Notes: a model not told the origin generated them from the sequence alone. A stretch of 39,820 nt of DNA from Candidatus Kaiserbacteria bacterium RIFCSPHIGHO2_01_FULL_55_37 (GCA_001781175.1 MFKY01000023.1:363-40182), one strand, 5' to 3'. Shown: positions 1 to 9,492, counted from the stretch's first letter. Translations and numbers: made by a program.

Positions 1-1752
1 GTTGGAACAGCGCGCGTCGCGCGTGCTCACCACATCGTACCGTTCGACACCGGAGAGAAGCTTGCAGGCGCTCACCTCGCTGCCGGGCTTTACCCAGAGC
101 GGGGCGTTTCCTGTCGCAGTGACGGTGAACGTATTGCTCACACCATCGTAGATTTCCGCGTGGATGACGAGGCGATAGGTGCCGGGCGGAAGGTCAAACG
201 GGATATACAGTAGATTGTCGGTGTTGGCGAAAAGCCCCGCGCCGGACGTGATGGCGCCTGTCGTGAGGTTCTCGAAATTCACCGCACCAAAGCCGCTACT
301 GAAGCGCACGGGTATGGTATCCGAACCCTTCGCGTAGCTTTGCCCCGCGGCCGGACTCGAGAATGTGACGGTGCTGTACGAGGAGCTGCCAGCTATCGTC
401 CCCGGCGAACAATTTTGATAGTAGTAGCTGCCGGAGAGAGCGCCATTGGTGCAGGTGCGCTGCTGTGAGACGCAAGTGCTTCCCGCCGGCACATTGCTCG
501 TCGAGTACGCGGTGATGCTCGTACCGTTCGCTATCGTGGTGTTCCATGGCGTCCTGCATGAACCCGCGACAGCACCGGAACTTACCTGTACGGGAACAGT
601 CGTTGAATACGAGCCGGCGTCACCCGCGGGAGCGCGGAGCATCGTGACACGGACCACCGGCGCTCCTCCGGTGAGGAAGCTCGCCGGTACGACAGCATAG
701 ATGGGACCGCCGCCGACCGTGAGCATTCCGAGTGAAACTTTGGTCGACCCGCTTTCGAGCGTGACGTTTGCGGGAGAGCCGGTGAGCCCGTTAGCCGTAG
801 CTGAAACGGTCACGGACCCATTCGGAGCGAGCACCTGATTGGATGTAGGGGAGACTATCTGGATGAAGGGTACCGGGGCGCCCTGTGCGCCCGCACTCGA
901 GCAGCGCACCTGCTGAATGACCCCGCCGACAGGCAATGTTTCCACACGATCGTCAACGATCATCGCAGCCGGGTCGGTCATCCAGCGAACCGCCGGGTCC
1001 ACACAGCGCGTACCCTTGATGGGGTCGTTGCATCTCGCGTCGCGGGATTGGAGGACATCATACCGTTCGGTATTAGCGTAGTACTTGCAGACCCTCCATG
1101 CTTGTTGCGGATGCACCCAATACGTCCCATCTGCGTTCGTGTTTGTCGCTGTATTTGTAGTCTGTGTTTGCGTTTGTGTTTGCAACTGCGTCTGATTCTG
1201 TGTTTGGGTTTGGGTTTGGGTTTGGGTTTGCGTGTTTGCGGTGTTGGTATTTGTATTGGCGTTTGTAGTGGTGTTGTCATTTGCAGTTGTACCCATTCCC
1301 GAGGTCGCACCGGCATTAGCGCCACATACGGCGGCTATTTTCGCACGCGTGAGCGAGCCGACGATACCGAAAGCGGGGAGGTTGAATTGCTTCTGGAAAC
1401 GGATGACGGTGGCTTCGGTGTTTTTCCAGAAGTAGCCGGTCACGAGACCTGATTCGGGCAGGTTGTAGTAGTCGGCGAGGAATGTCTGCAGTTCAATAAC
1501 CTGTCCGCCGTTTGCAGCGTCCCGTGCGCGGAGACGCATGTCGTTGGTGAGGTTGGGGCAGGATGCGGTGCTCGCTGATGCCGAGGACTCATCGAGAGTG
1601 GGAGTAGTCCCCGATTGCGCGAGTATCGCATTGATCTGCGCCGTAAGTGCTGCTAACTGCGCCTGCAACTCTCCGAGCGTGGCCGCCGAGGCGAAAAGGG
1701 GGGATGCGAGCAAGAGGAAGCCGGCACTAGCGAAGGCGATTTTTTTAAGCAT
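1..1752 (-). CDS. Secreted peptidoglycan-binding-domain surface protein, 3'-truncated by the window edge (>584 aa); absent from the ORF track
   Basis: Manually translated open frame from ATG 1752 to position 1. It has signal peptide MLKKIAFASAGFLLLASPLFASA, a coiled coil (LQAQLAALTAQI), a PG-binding-like motif (VIELQTFL...TGYFWKNTEATVIRFQ...GIVGSLTRAKI), a T/N/Q linker and Cys-rich modules. The N-terminus is paralogous to the 1911-5543 gene. Confidence 0.88.
   Translation of the reverse strand, partial: MLKKIAFASAGFLLLASPLFASAATLGELQAQLAALTAQINAILAQSGTTPTLDESSASASTASCPNLTNDMRLRARDAANGGQVIELQTFLADYYNLPESGLVTGYFWKNTEATVIRFQKQFNLPAFGIVGSLTRAKIAAVCGANAGATSGMGTTANDNTTTNANTNTNTANTQTQTQTQTQTQNQTQLQTQTQTQTTNTATNTNADGTYWVHPQQAWRVCKYYANTERYDVLQSRDARCNDPIKGTRCVDPAVRWMTDPAAMIVDDRVETLPVGGVIQQVRCSSAGAQGAPVPFIQIVSPTSNQVLAPNGSVTVSATANGLTGSPANVTLESGSTKVSLGMLTVGGGPIYAVVPASFLTGGAPVVRVTMLRAPAGDAGSYSTTVPVQVSSGAVAGSCRTPWNTTIANGTSITAYSTSNVPAGSTCVSQQRTCTNGALSGSYYYQNCSPGTIAGSSSYSTVTFSSPAAGQSYAKGSDTIPVRFSSGFGAVNFENLTTGAITSGAGLFANTDNLLYIPFDLPPGTYRLVIHAEIYDGVSNTFTVTATGNAPLWVKPGSEVSACKLLSGVERYDVVSTRDARCSN
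1165..1240. repeat. Hexamer low-complexity tract, core (GTTTGG)4, encoding a (TQ)n linker
   Basis: gtttgg x4 at 1202-1225 with degenerate units on both sides. Confidence 0.85.
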
Positions 1753-1770
1753 GGTTAAAGTATGAGGGCT

Positions 1771-1793
1771 GTGATAATGAATCCAGTATGGCA
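1771..1793 (-). promoter_or_regulatory. Extended -10 promoter (TGcCATACT) and conserved leader, duplicated at 5560-5582
   Basis: 20 bp gtgataatgaatccagtatg is identical at 1771-1790 and 5560-5579, upstream of two paralogous starts. Confidence 0.6.
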
Positions 1794-1861
1794 CATCCAT
1801 TCCACCGACGGAGGGTCGATGTGCATAGCGAATCTATAGCGCAGGGCGCGGGAATATATAT

Positions 1862-1890
1862 GAAGCGGCCGCGTACAACGCGGCCGCTTC
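1862..1890. terminator. Hairpin, probable terminator downstream of the 1911-5543 gene
   Basis: 13-bp perfect stem gaagcggccgcgt/acgcggccgcttc, 20 bp after the stop. Confidence 0.65.
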
Positions 1891-1910
1891 TTTGCGCCCC
1901 GCCCGAAGTG

Positions 1911-4900
1911 TTACTTCAGGGAATTCAAGATGGCGATAATCGCGTTGAGCGCGCTCGCGAGCTGTGAAAGCATTTGCGTGTTTGCCGACGCAATCGTGAG
2001 TCCTGTCGCACTCCGAAGTGTCGGCCCCTGCGTGCCTTGGAACTCCGCACTGTTGATGAAGTTTTGCAGTACCGAATCGCGGCTCGCACCACCTTGCAAT
2101 TGGCCGACCCAGTAGTTGGGGCCGGAATCCGGCGCGCGGAAGAGCACGCACTGATAGAGGCTGTTCACGTAGTCGGTATCCGATGTTCCTCTGGCGCGAT
2201 ACTCGGCGGAATCGTAAAAGTTCCGGTACGCCGTGAGTAGCGAGCCGACCGAGTTAGTTTGTCCTACCCAGTAGTTCAAGCCCGCCGTATCAGCCGCGCG
2301 GCCCAAGACACAAGAGTACATCGACGTCCAGAATGCGTTGACTGTCGAAGGAACGCTCGAGCCGCTCTGCACCGTGCACGATGCGTTCGTGTACGAGCCG
2401 GAGAGCGAACCGTTCTGGCAGGTGCGCGTCTGCGCGGCGCATGTCTGCCCCGCTGCGACGCTCGACGCCTGGTACGCAGTGACGGAAGAACCGCTCGCTA
2501 TCGTTTGCCCGTTGAAGGTGCATGATTGAGCGGCAGGCGTCGAGCAGGTGAAGCTCGAGCCGTATGTTTGCGAACTCACGTTTGACCAGGCGCTGTTGGG
2601 AGAGGTTGCGCTGTTGTGAACCCACCAACTGTAGATTGTGCCCGCTTGCACCGGATACGTAATTGAGTTCGTTGTGACGTTGTCTTGGTAGCACGACGTC
2701 GGACTTGCCCACGAGTAACCGGATGGGCAGGCCGACTGTGAAGTCTGCGCGGAAGCGGCAATGCGCGGGAATGAATATACAGCTCCCGGGCCGCGGGTCC
2801 AACTGAGTGTTACCGACGTGCCCCCGTTGCAGGCGGCGGAGAGGGCGGAAGGTTGAGGGGGTGTCAATTGGGGCATCTCGGGACCGATAGTGAACGGCTG
2901 ACTCATGGCGATGAGCGCGTTATTGACGGTCGCCAGCACTTTCAGATAGTAGGTCCCCGCCGGCGATACGCTCGGCATCGAAATACCGCCGCTTCCGCTG
3001 CCGGATGCGATAGGCGCTGAGGCGACGTTCGTCTCGGTATTGTTGTTCGTAAGGAATACTCCCTGCACTCCCGGGGGAAGATTCTGGTACGTGAACGTGA
3101 TGTTGGGCCGGGTCGTATTCGTAACGGTAATGGATGGCACGGGAGTCGGGGTTGACTGCCGGCAAATGAACGACTTTCTCGTGACGGAGCTCCAACCGCT
3201 CGCATTGAGCCCGTGCACCCACCACTCATACATAGTGTTCGGTGTGATGCTCACCGACACGGAGGTTCCGGTCAGACCGTCGTTCACGTACTCCGTCGGG
3301 GAGACACATCCGGCGTTGCCCAGACTGCTCATGAGCGGGCCGGTGCACGTGAGTGCCGGGTCGTCCACGCGGACAGGATACGAGGTGGCGTTCGGGACAC
3401 CTCCCCAGGAAAGCGTCGCGCGGGTACCATCGGGACTGCATAGTGCGTCCTTCATCGGTGGCTGGATCGGCATCTGCGAAACGGGTATCGGGGTCGTCCA
3501 ACATCGGTACCCATAGAGTGACTGATTCGAACATACATCAAGGGAGACGTTTACGGTCGCCGTACTGCCGTCTATGGGCAATTGGCCGCTTACCCTGCTG
3601 GGCGTAACAATGCCAAGAAGCCGTAGTGCAATGGTCCCTCCGGCATATGACGCAAGATTCGCTTGCATTGCAGCGGACAGCGTGTACGTCTTTGTCTCAC
3701 CGGCGCTTATCCACGCATCGGGTAGTGGCATTGAAAGCAAATGGTCGGCATCAAAGCCGGCCGGAGAAGAATTCGTGGAACCATTTTCGCTTGTGATGAC
3801 TACGTGATGAACAGCGCCGTCGGTACCGAGACCCGTTTGCTGAATCTTAACCCGCTGCAATTGTATCGAGGTACCCCCGGAATTTCTAAGTGTGAATTTC
3901 GTCAGCGGAACAATGGTGGCTTGCGGGGCGATAGTACTGGACGGCTGCGGCGTCAGCCCGATAACGAGACCGCTCGTGGGGGTCGGAAGTGCGACAAAGC
4001 TGAATGGCAGATCGGACTTGTCGTCGACATAGCCCGTGCCGTCAGCTTTCTGGCCGGTGACGTAGACTTTGAAGGTGTTGCCGAGTTCATTCACGGCTCC
4101 AAGCTCGGCCGTAGTGGGTGTCCAAGTAAATTGGTAAACATCGCCGCTTTGAGCTGCCGCGGTTGGCACTTGGTCTTTGGCTAACCATTTCATCCACTGA
4201 TCGCTTTTGTACAACGCAATCGATACTGATTTGATTCCCGATGCACGGTAATTTATTACTGAGGTCTGACCATTTAAGGTCAGCTGCTCCCCGCCATTTG
4301 GGCTGACGACCTGAAGTCTCGCCTGCGACGTACTCGGATTAATGATGATCTCGTCGTCGGCAAAGGTACCGCCTCTGGAGCAACGCAGTAGAATGAAGTT
4401 CTTGTACTCGGGGATGCTAGTGTATACGTATGCGTAGACACTCCGCGTACCCGAAGCAGGCACACCCGTGATGTAAGCGTACGGTGCATCCGGGCTTTCC
4501 TGCACACCGTGAATGTTGCATGTCGATCCGGCCAGTGACGACCAACTTATCGTGATTGGTTGGTTGTGCGTAAGGACCATCGGCCCATCCGAACCATTTA
4601 CTTTTAGATCCGCCGTGGGACGCGTCAGGAGCGTGAACGGGGCATCACTTCTGTCGGTGGCCCCTGTCACGCGATTGCTTGCGCGGACGTAGTACCGTCC
4701 CGGCTCAGCCCAGTTGTCGTATCCACCGATGTTGAAGTACGTGTGCAAAGACGCTTTCCCGGTATCCATGACTTGCCCGACGGTCGAGCCGTCGAGGCGC
4801 TCAAGAAACACATTGACATCCCTCGCGGGATTCACGTCAGGGTTGTAGCCGTATGGTGCCCACGTGACGGTATTGAGCTGGCCTATCTCCCACTGCTCAC

Positions 4901-5543
4901 CTCCGTTGGGTGCCGTGACGGTGATTCCGGCGTTAGGAGTTGTCGCAACGCACCGGGTCGGACGTTCACATCCGTTGGAGTCAGTGCCTCCGCCGGTTGG
5001 GTAGTACCCCGGCGCGCAAGACACGACGGGCATGAGCGGACATGTTGAGTTCGCGGGCATGCGCGGCGATACCGGCGTTGCGCACGCAAGTGCCAACGCC
5101 CCACGCGTCTTGGGGCCGGTGGCGCCGTATCCGGTACTGGACGGATTGCCGGAAGAAACGACGCCGTTGGCGGCTTGCCATGATCGGAGCGCTGCTTGCG
5201 TAAGGGAACCGAAGTAACCCGACGACGCATCGCTCGCGAGATACCCTCGCGCTACGAGAAAGCCCTGTAGTTCTTTCACATCAGGGCCCGATGAGCCGAT
5301 GGTGAGGAAGCGCGTTATCTGGGTACATCTGCCGGACGTGCTGCTTGGTGTCGGTATTGAGGGCACCGAAAGCGTGGTGGGCTGTTGTCCGGTTTGGCTG
5401 GCAAGCTGTGCCTGCAGTCGTGTGAGTTGCGCAAGGAGAGCCTGAACTTGCGCCTGGAGATCGTTCGTGCTTTGCGCCGACGCGAGGAGAGGCGAGGCGA
5501 GTAAGAGGAGGCCGGCACTAGCGAACGCGATCTTTTTGAACAT
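1911..5543 (-). CDS. Large modular surface protein (~1210 aa): PG-binding domain, PNGGE Ig-like domains, Fn3-like WWVH repeats, Cys module, DUF4214-like C-terminal region
   Basis: Start moved to ATG 5543 (signal peptide MFKKIAFASAGLLLLASPLLASA). Motifs: GSSGPDVKELQGFL...GYFGSLTQAALRSWQ; two PNGGE; LGRAADTAGLNYW...FINSAEF. Confidence 0.88.
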   Translation of the reverse strand: MFKKIAFASAGLLLLASPLLASAQSTNDLQAQVQALLAQLTRLQAQLASQTGQQPTTLSVPSIPTPSSTSGRCTQITRFLTIGSSGPDVKELQGFLVARGYLASDASSGYFGSLTQAALRSWQAANGVVSSGNPSSTGYGATGPKTRGALALACATPVSPRMPANSTCPLMPVVSCAPGYYPTGGGTDSNGCERPTRCVATTPNAGITVTAPNGGEQWEIGQLNTVTWAPYGYNPDVNPARDVNVFLERLDGSTVGQVMDTGKASLHTYFNIGGYDNWAEPGRYYVRASNRVTGATDRSDAPFTLLTRPTADLKVNGSDGPMVLTHNQPITISWSSLAGSTCNIHGVQESPDAPYAYITGVPASGTRSVYAYVYTSIPEYKNFILLRCSRGGTFADDEIIINPSTSQARLQVVSPNGGEQLTLNGQTSVINYRASGIKSVSIALYKSDQWMKWLAKDQVPTAAAQSGDVYQFTWTPTTAELGAVNELGNTFKVYVTGQKADGTGYVDDKSDLPFSFVALPTPTSGLVIGLTPQPSSTIAPQATIVPLTKFTLRNSGGTSIQLQRVKIQQTGLGTDGAVHHVVITSENGSTNSSPAGFDADHLLSMPLPDAWISAGETKTYTLSAAMQANLASYAGGTIALRLLGIVTPSRVSGQLPIDGSTATVNVSLDVCSNQSLYGYRCWTTPIPVSQMPIQPPMKDALCSPDGTRATLSWGGVPNATSYPVRVDDPALTCTGPLMSSLGNAGCVSPTEYVNDGLTGTSVSVSITPNTMYEWWVHGLNASGWSSVTRKSFICRQSTPTPVPSITVTNTTRPNITFTYQNLPPGVQGVFLTNNNTETNVASAPIASGSGSGGISMPSVSPAGTYYLKVLATVNNALIAMSQPFTIGPEMPQLTPPQPSALSAACNGGTSVTLSWTRGPGAVYSFPRIAASAQTSQSACPSGYSWASPTSCYQDNVTTNSITYPVQAGTIYSWWVHNSATSPNSAWSNVSSQTYGSSFTCSTPAAQSCTFNGQTIASGSSVTAYQASSVAAGQTCAAQTRTCQNGSLSGSYTNASCTVQSGSSVPSTVNAFWTSMYSCVLGRAADTAGLNYWVGQTNSVGSLLTAYRNFYDSAEYRARGTSDTDYVNSLYQCVLFRAPDSGPNYWVGQLQGGASRDSVLQNFINSAEFQGTQGPTLRSATGLTIASANTQMLSQLASALNAIIAILNSLK

Positions 5544-5772
5544 ACTAAAAATGTTTGAGGTGATAATGAATCCAGTATGCCACCTACCCACTCCGGGGCG
5601 AGGGGGTAGTGTGTACAATAGAATGAAGGCATGGATGCTACGGAGCAGCTGGGTATTCTCGGGAGATGCGCGTAATGCTGATGTCATTGACAAATCAGGA
5701 AAAGTACACCAGAGTGCCCTTGGTTTCATTGGTGAGGTTGTTATTTTTGGTGCCCCACAGAAGGAGGGCGTG

Positions 5773-6003
5773 ATGGGATCGAAACGTCCCAGTAAGCGGC
5801 GTACTCTGCTGCGAAAAGTAAGTTACACCCGAGGAAAGACGCGCGGACATGCGTCGATACAGCGACTGCTGGCCGCGCGCGGCATCGGCAAAAAAATCCG
5901 TCGGTACGCGAAATGTCTGCCGTGTGAACTCGGGCCAGCCTTTGTTCGGGCCCGATTTCTGAAGTCTATCAAATTCCACTGGGTGATACCGAGCAGGATA
6001 TAA
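5773..6003 (+). CDS. Small, very basic hypothetical protein (76 aa)
   Basis: AAGGAGG at 5761, TTGACA near 5687, and a hairpin plus T-run at about 6024-6054 directly after the stop. Confidence 0.45.
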   Translation: MGSKRPSKRRTLLRKVSYTRGKTRGHASIQRLLAARGIGKKIRRYAKCLPCELGPAFVRARFLKSIKFHWVIPSRI

Positions 6004-6023
6004 ACTGCAAGGTATTCGCCTAC

Positions 6024-6054
6024 CCGTCGGCTTCGTGTCGGCGGTTCTTTTTTA
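6024..6054 (+). terminator. Intrinsic terminator candidate
   Basis: ccgtcggc-ttcgt-gtcggcgg (G-U pairs) followed by ttctttttt. Confidence 0.5.
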
Positions 6055-6097
6055 TGGACCATCCGCCCGCGTTGTTCCGGCATTTTTCCCTTTTATA

Positions 6098-6129
6098 ACG
6101 AGGCGTCGCCCTTTGGGGCGACGCCTCGT
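6098..6129. terminator. Hairpin terminator downstream of the remnant gene end at 6148
   Basis: 14-bp perfect stem acgaggcgtcgccc/gggcgacgcctcgt. Confidence 0.7.
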
Positions 6130-6147
6130 GAGCGCTTTCGCTACAGA

Positions 6148-6401
6148 CTACAGTCCTCTGAGCTGATCGACGAGTGTCTGCAGCGCGGTAAGCACGCTAG
6201 CGAGCTGCGAGAGCGTCTGCTTCCCGTCAACGTACTCGGTCCAGAGCTTCTTGCACACCGGTAACTTTCTCCTCGCTGGCTGGAATTGAGGGCTGCAATT
6301 CAAACACTTGTATCGCCGAATGTCGTGTCGTTTCCCGTTTTTCTTGCCTCGTTAGTCGTTGCATTCCGGGCATATTCTCCCGTTTTTTTAGAACGCATCA
6401 T
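6148..6401 (-). pseudogene. Truncated Zn-finger IS transposase N-terminus fused to a surface-protein C-terminal remnant
   Basis: Frame reads ICPECND*RGKKNGKRHDIRRYKCLNCSPQFQ...LWTEYVDGKQTLSQLASVLTALQTLVDQLRGL*. The CxxC..KNGK..RYKCxxC..LWxEYxxGKQT pattern resembles IS256-variant Zn-binding transposases. In-frame TAA at 6352-6354. Confidence 0.7.
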
Positions 6402-6491
6402 GATTATTAAGACTTTTGGATTGTGGTTGATATCACGAGCTTTATTCTGTCGCGAGAGATTACTCTCGACACCGTAAAGGGAGCGCAATTT

Positions 6492-8978
6492 CTACCTCTC
6501 CCGGAACTCAGGCGAGATATTGACCGTCACATCTTCGGGAGTCGTAGGTGAGCCGTCGACACCGGTACAGGTGAGTGTAAATGTCGTTCTCTGAGTGATT
6601 GCCGCCGACGTTTGGCCGTCGGGGCCCGGCGTGCTCGTCCAATTGTTACCGGATGTACCTGCAATGGTCCACGCAGCGCCGTCGCTCGGCGTGACGGTGC
6701 AACTTGAGACATTCGCGACATCCCAATACAGCGTGGTCCTGTCACCCTCTAACACCAAAGAGGGCGTCGCAAACAAGTGACCTGTGAAAAGACCTGACCT
6801 ATTGAAAGTGGTCGGCGGATATTGGCAGACGGAAGAGCCGTTCGAGCAAAAGGACGGAGAGACGCAGGTGGGGCCGCTCGTCACCTCACACTGCGCATTG
6901 GTGTGCCGGACGGTCTGTGCGGAGCAAGTATACGTGTCCAGGCAGGAGCAGGATGCGTATTGGTATGCGGAGGAACCGGAGAGCGTCCCGTTCACGCAGC
7001 GGCGGGATTGGGATATTGATGAGCATACCGTTCCGGATGGTGCGGCCCGTTGTGAGTAGAATGTGTAGGAAGAGTTGTGCGGGACGGTCACGCCGTCGAG
7101 CGTACAGGAAGAAGGACCTCTCACCGAGCAGGAGGCGTATGCGTATGAGCCGGAGAGCGTGCCGTTGGTGCAGGTGCGTGTCTGCGAGAGGCAGGCCTGT
7201 CCGTACGGAACGGTGCTCGCTTCATATGCCGTGACGGACGAACCGTGACCGACGGTACTTCCGTTGAACGTGCAGTTCTGATAGACGGTCAGTGTGCCGC
7301 CCTGGGGAGAACACGAGTACGTGTTGCCGCTCGCGTCCCATACCGTGCCGTTGTAGCTGCCTGCGGTGTACACCGTAGGCGAGCGCGAGACGTTGGGGGT
7401 GACGTCGCCCACGGTCTGGATGTAGAAGCGGGACGCGTTCGCGGATGAGTACGTGAGAGTAGAGCCTGTGCCTCCGGAGATGATGCTTGTGGGTGAGAGG
7501 GTGACGGAGCAGGTGGGCGCGGAAGCCGTACACGTGAAGGTACGATAAGTATACGTACTGTACGTGTAGGTAGCGTAGGTATCGTAATTGTATGTGTATG
7601 AACCATACGGGGTTGGCCCCGCTACTCCGTGTACCCACCACGTGGTGGGCGCGCCCGGCGTTACCGTTATCGTTCTGCTGTTAGTTCCGATGGGAATATT
7701 GTCGTCAATGTAGTCGGTATAACCGGGAGAGCCTGTCCACCCTGTGGACGCCGAAGGGGTCCACCACTGCTGACGGCAGCCGCCGTTGTTGTTGGGGCCG
7801 CTCACACCGCCGCAGTTGACGGCGGTATCGTCGACGCGGAGCGCATAGCTTGTCGCGCCGGTAGACGGCCCCCACGAAATCGTGGCCTGCGTACCGTCGG
7901 CGGAACATGAGTAGTTGCCTGCGGAGGTGTTGGCCGGTTCCGTAGGTGGTGAACAGCTGAAGGGGTGCGCTGTCGTGGTACTCCACGCATAATTTACAGA
8001 GCCATCCGGACTCGCTAGCGAGTGCACCCACCACCGATATGACCTGCCCGGCACGATGGGAGCGGTATACGAGGTCGCAGTGATTGTTTGATTCTGATAT
8101 GGCGCCTGCCAATCGATTTCGAGTTCGTTTGGCGCATTGCAATACCACGAGTGGTAGTAGGGGGCGATGCTGCATCCGTCGGCGGTGGTGTCGTCGAGGC
8201 GCAACGGATACCCGACTAAGCTTGGAGTGTTGACCGCATTCCACGAGAACGTCACGCTTGTGCCGTCCGCGCTGCATGTATATGTTTGCCCGGTCGGCTC
8301 CGGCGGCGGAGGATACACCGTGAGCGTGGCGTTATGCCAGCCGTCGGTGCCGCCGCTTCCGTACGCTTCACAGGAATACGTGGTCGAGGAAGACGGCGCA
8401 ACATACGTGGAGCCTGATGTGCCGACGTATCCGATAGGACTTATGTATACCCAGGAGTTGGCATTTGAAGTCGACCAGCGCAGATAGGTGCCGGAACCGG
8501 GACTGGAGTTGACTGCATTCTTGTCCAACGTGAGGGAGCACGAGGCGGGCGGCGACGGAGGCGGCGGAGGGCCGCAGGAGAATGACTGCTGTGTGGCCGG
8601 ACTCCAGACTCCTCCGTTCTGCGCATGCACCCACCACGAGTACGAGGTACTCGGCGTAATGGAAAGTGCGATGCCGGAATACGCCGTTTCATACAGATAC
8701 TCGACTCCCTGATAGCATCCCCAATTGCCGGGACCGCTCACATTTCCGGCGCAATATCCGGGTCCGTCGACACGGATCGGATAGTTCGAGGCGCCCGATA
8801 CAGAACCCCACGAAAGCGTGACCTGCGTCCCCGCACTGTTACATGAAGGCGTATACATCGCCGGCTGTTGGAGCGCCGAAGCTTGGAGCGGAAAGAGTGC
8901 GGCAAACAGAACGAAAAATCCGGGCACGAAAACGATACGGATAGCCTGACGAAACCGTGTGGTACTGCTGGAAGTCAT
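6492..8978 (-). CDS. Secreted Cys/Thr-rich modular surface protein (~828 aa)
   Basis: Start moved to ATG 8978, 4 bp after the upstream stop. Signal peptide ending LQASA, three WWVH repeats, two Cys modules, C-terminus VNISPEFRER. Confidence 0.85.
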   Translation of the reverse strand: MTSSSTTRFRQAIRIVFVPGFFVLFAALFPLQASALQQPAMYTPSCNSAGTQVTLSWGSVSGASNYPIRVDGPGYCAGNVSGPGNWGCYQGVEYLYETAYSGIALSITPSTSYSWWVHAQNGGVWSPATQQSFSCGPPPPPSPPASCSLTLDKNAVNSSPGSGTYLRWSTSNANSWVYISPIGYVGTSGSTYVAPSSSTTYSCEAYGSGGTDGWHNATLTVYPPPPEPTGQTYTCSADGTSVTFSWNAVNTPSLVGYPLRLDDTTADGCSIAPYYHSWYCNAPNELEIDWQAPYQNQTITATSYTAPIVPGRSYRWWVHSLASPDGSVNYAWSTTTAHPFSCSPPTEPANTSAGNYSCSADGTQATISWGPSTGATSYALRVDDTAVNCGGVSGPNNNGGCRQQWWTPSASTGWTGSPGYTDYIDDNIPIGTNSRTITVTPGAPTTWWVHGVAGPTPYGSYTYNYDTYATYTYSTYTYRTFTCTASAPTCSVTLSPTSIISGGTGSTLTYSSANASRFYIQTVGDVTPNVSRSPTVYTAGSYNGTVWDASGNTYSCSPQGGTLTVYQNCTFNGSTVGHGSSVTAYEASTVPYGQACLSQTRTCTNGTLSGSYAYASCSVRGPSSCTLDGVTVPHNSSYTFYSQRAAPSGTVCSSISQSRRCVNGTLSGSSAYQYASCSCLDTYTCSAQTVRHTNAQCEVTSGPTCVSPSFCSNGSSVCQYPPTTFNRSGLFTGHLFATPSLVLEGDRTTLYWDVANVSSCTVTPSDGAAWTIAGTSGNNWTSTPGPDGQTSAAITQRTTFTLTCTGVDGSPTTPEDVTVNISPEFRER

Positions 8979-8982
8979 GTGT

Positions 8983-9492
8983 TTATTGCACGCGTACGAT
9001 GCCGGTCCTGTCTTTATGCAAATTGTCCGCGTAGCTCCACGCGCCCGCGACGTCAAAAGTGAATTCCCAGAATTCATGCGGCTCGAGCGTCGCGCATGAA
9101 TCAAACGCACTCTGTCCGCACGGCTCCTGTTGTCCAGTCGGATATATGCTCCCCGGAGCCGTGCCGGTAGCTACGGACGCGACCCAGAGCAGATTTTGCG
9201 ACGAATTGTTGGTGAACCGTATCGCCTCCCCCTTTTTGATAGTGACGGTGTCCGGTTCGAACCCGCGGTCGGTGTAGGAGACAAGCGCCGCGAATCCATG
9301 ACTCTTGGCGAGAACCGATTTCATTCTGTCGGTGAGTGGAGGAATATTCCCGGTGTCTAACGCCGCATTTGGGGCATCCGCAGCAGTGGGCGCAGGTGAT
9401 TTTGTATTTGCAAGAAAGTAAACACTTGATGCAAGGATAATAAACGCCAGGACGGCAATCGCGAGTTTCTGTGGACTCATCTCCTCTAGCAT
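8983..9492 (-). CDS. Membrane-anchored cupredoxin-like protein
   Basis: N-terminal TM; GFEPDTVTIKKGEAIRFTN and WEFTFDVAGAWSY plastocyanin-like motifs. Confidence 0.75.
   Translation of the reverse strand: MLEEMSPQKLAIAVLAFIILASSVYFLANTKSPAPTAADAPNAALDTGNIPPLTDRMKSVLAKSHGFAALVSYTDRGFEPDTVTIKKGEAIRFTNNSSQNLLWVASVATGTAPGSIYPTGQQEPCGQSAFDSCATLEPHEFWEFTFDVAGAWSYADNLHKDRTGIVRVQ

Noticed and set aside
5544..5729. N-terminal extensions in the ORF track (also 9110, 11572, 12399, 16884, 18883, 19062, 26109, 35937, 37672)
   Set aside because: Downstream ATGs fit signal peptides, promoter spacing or gene overlaps better.
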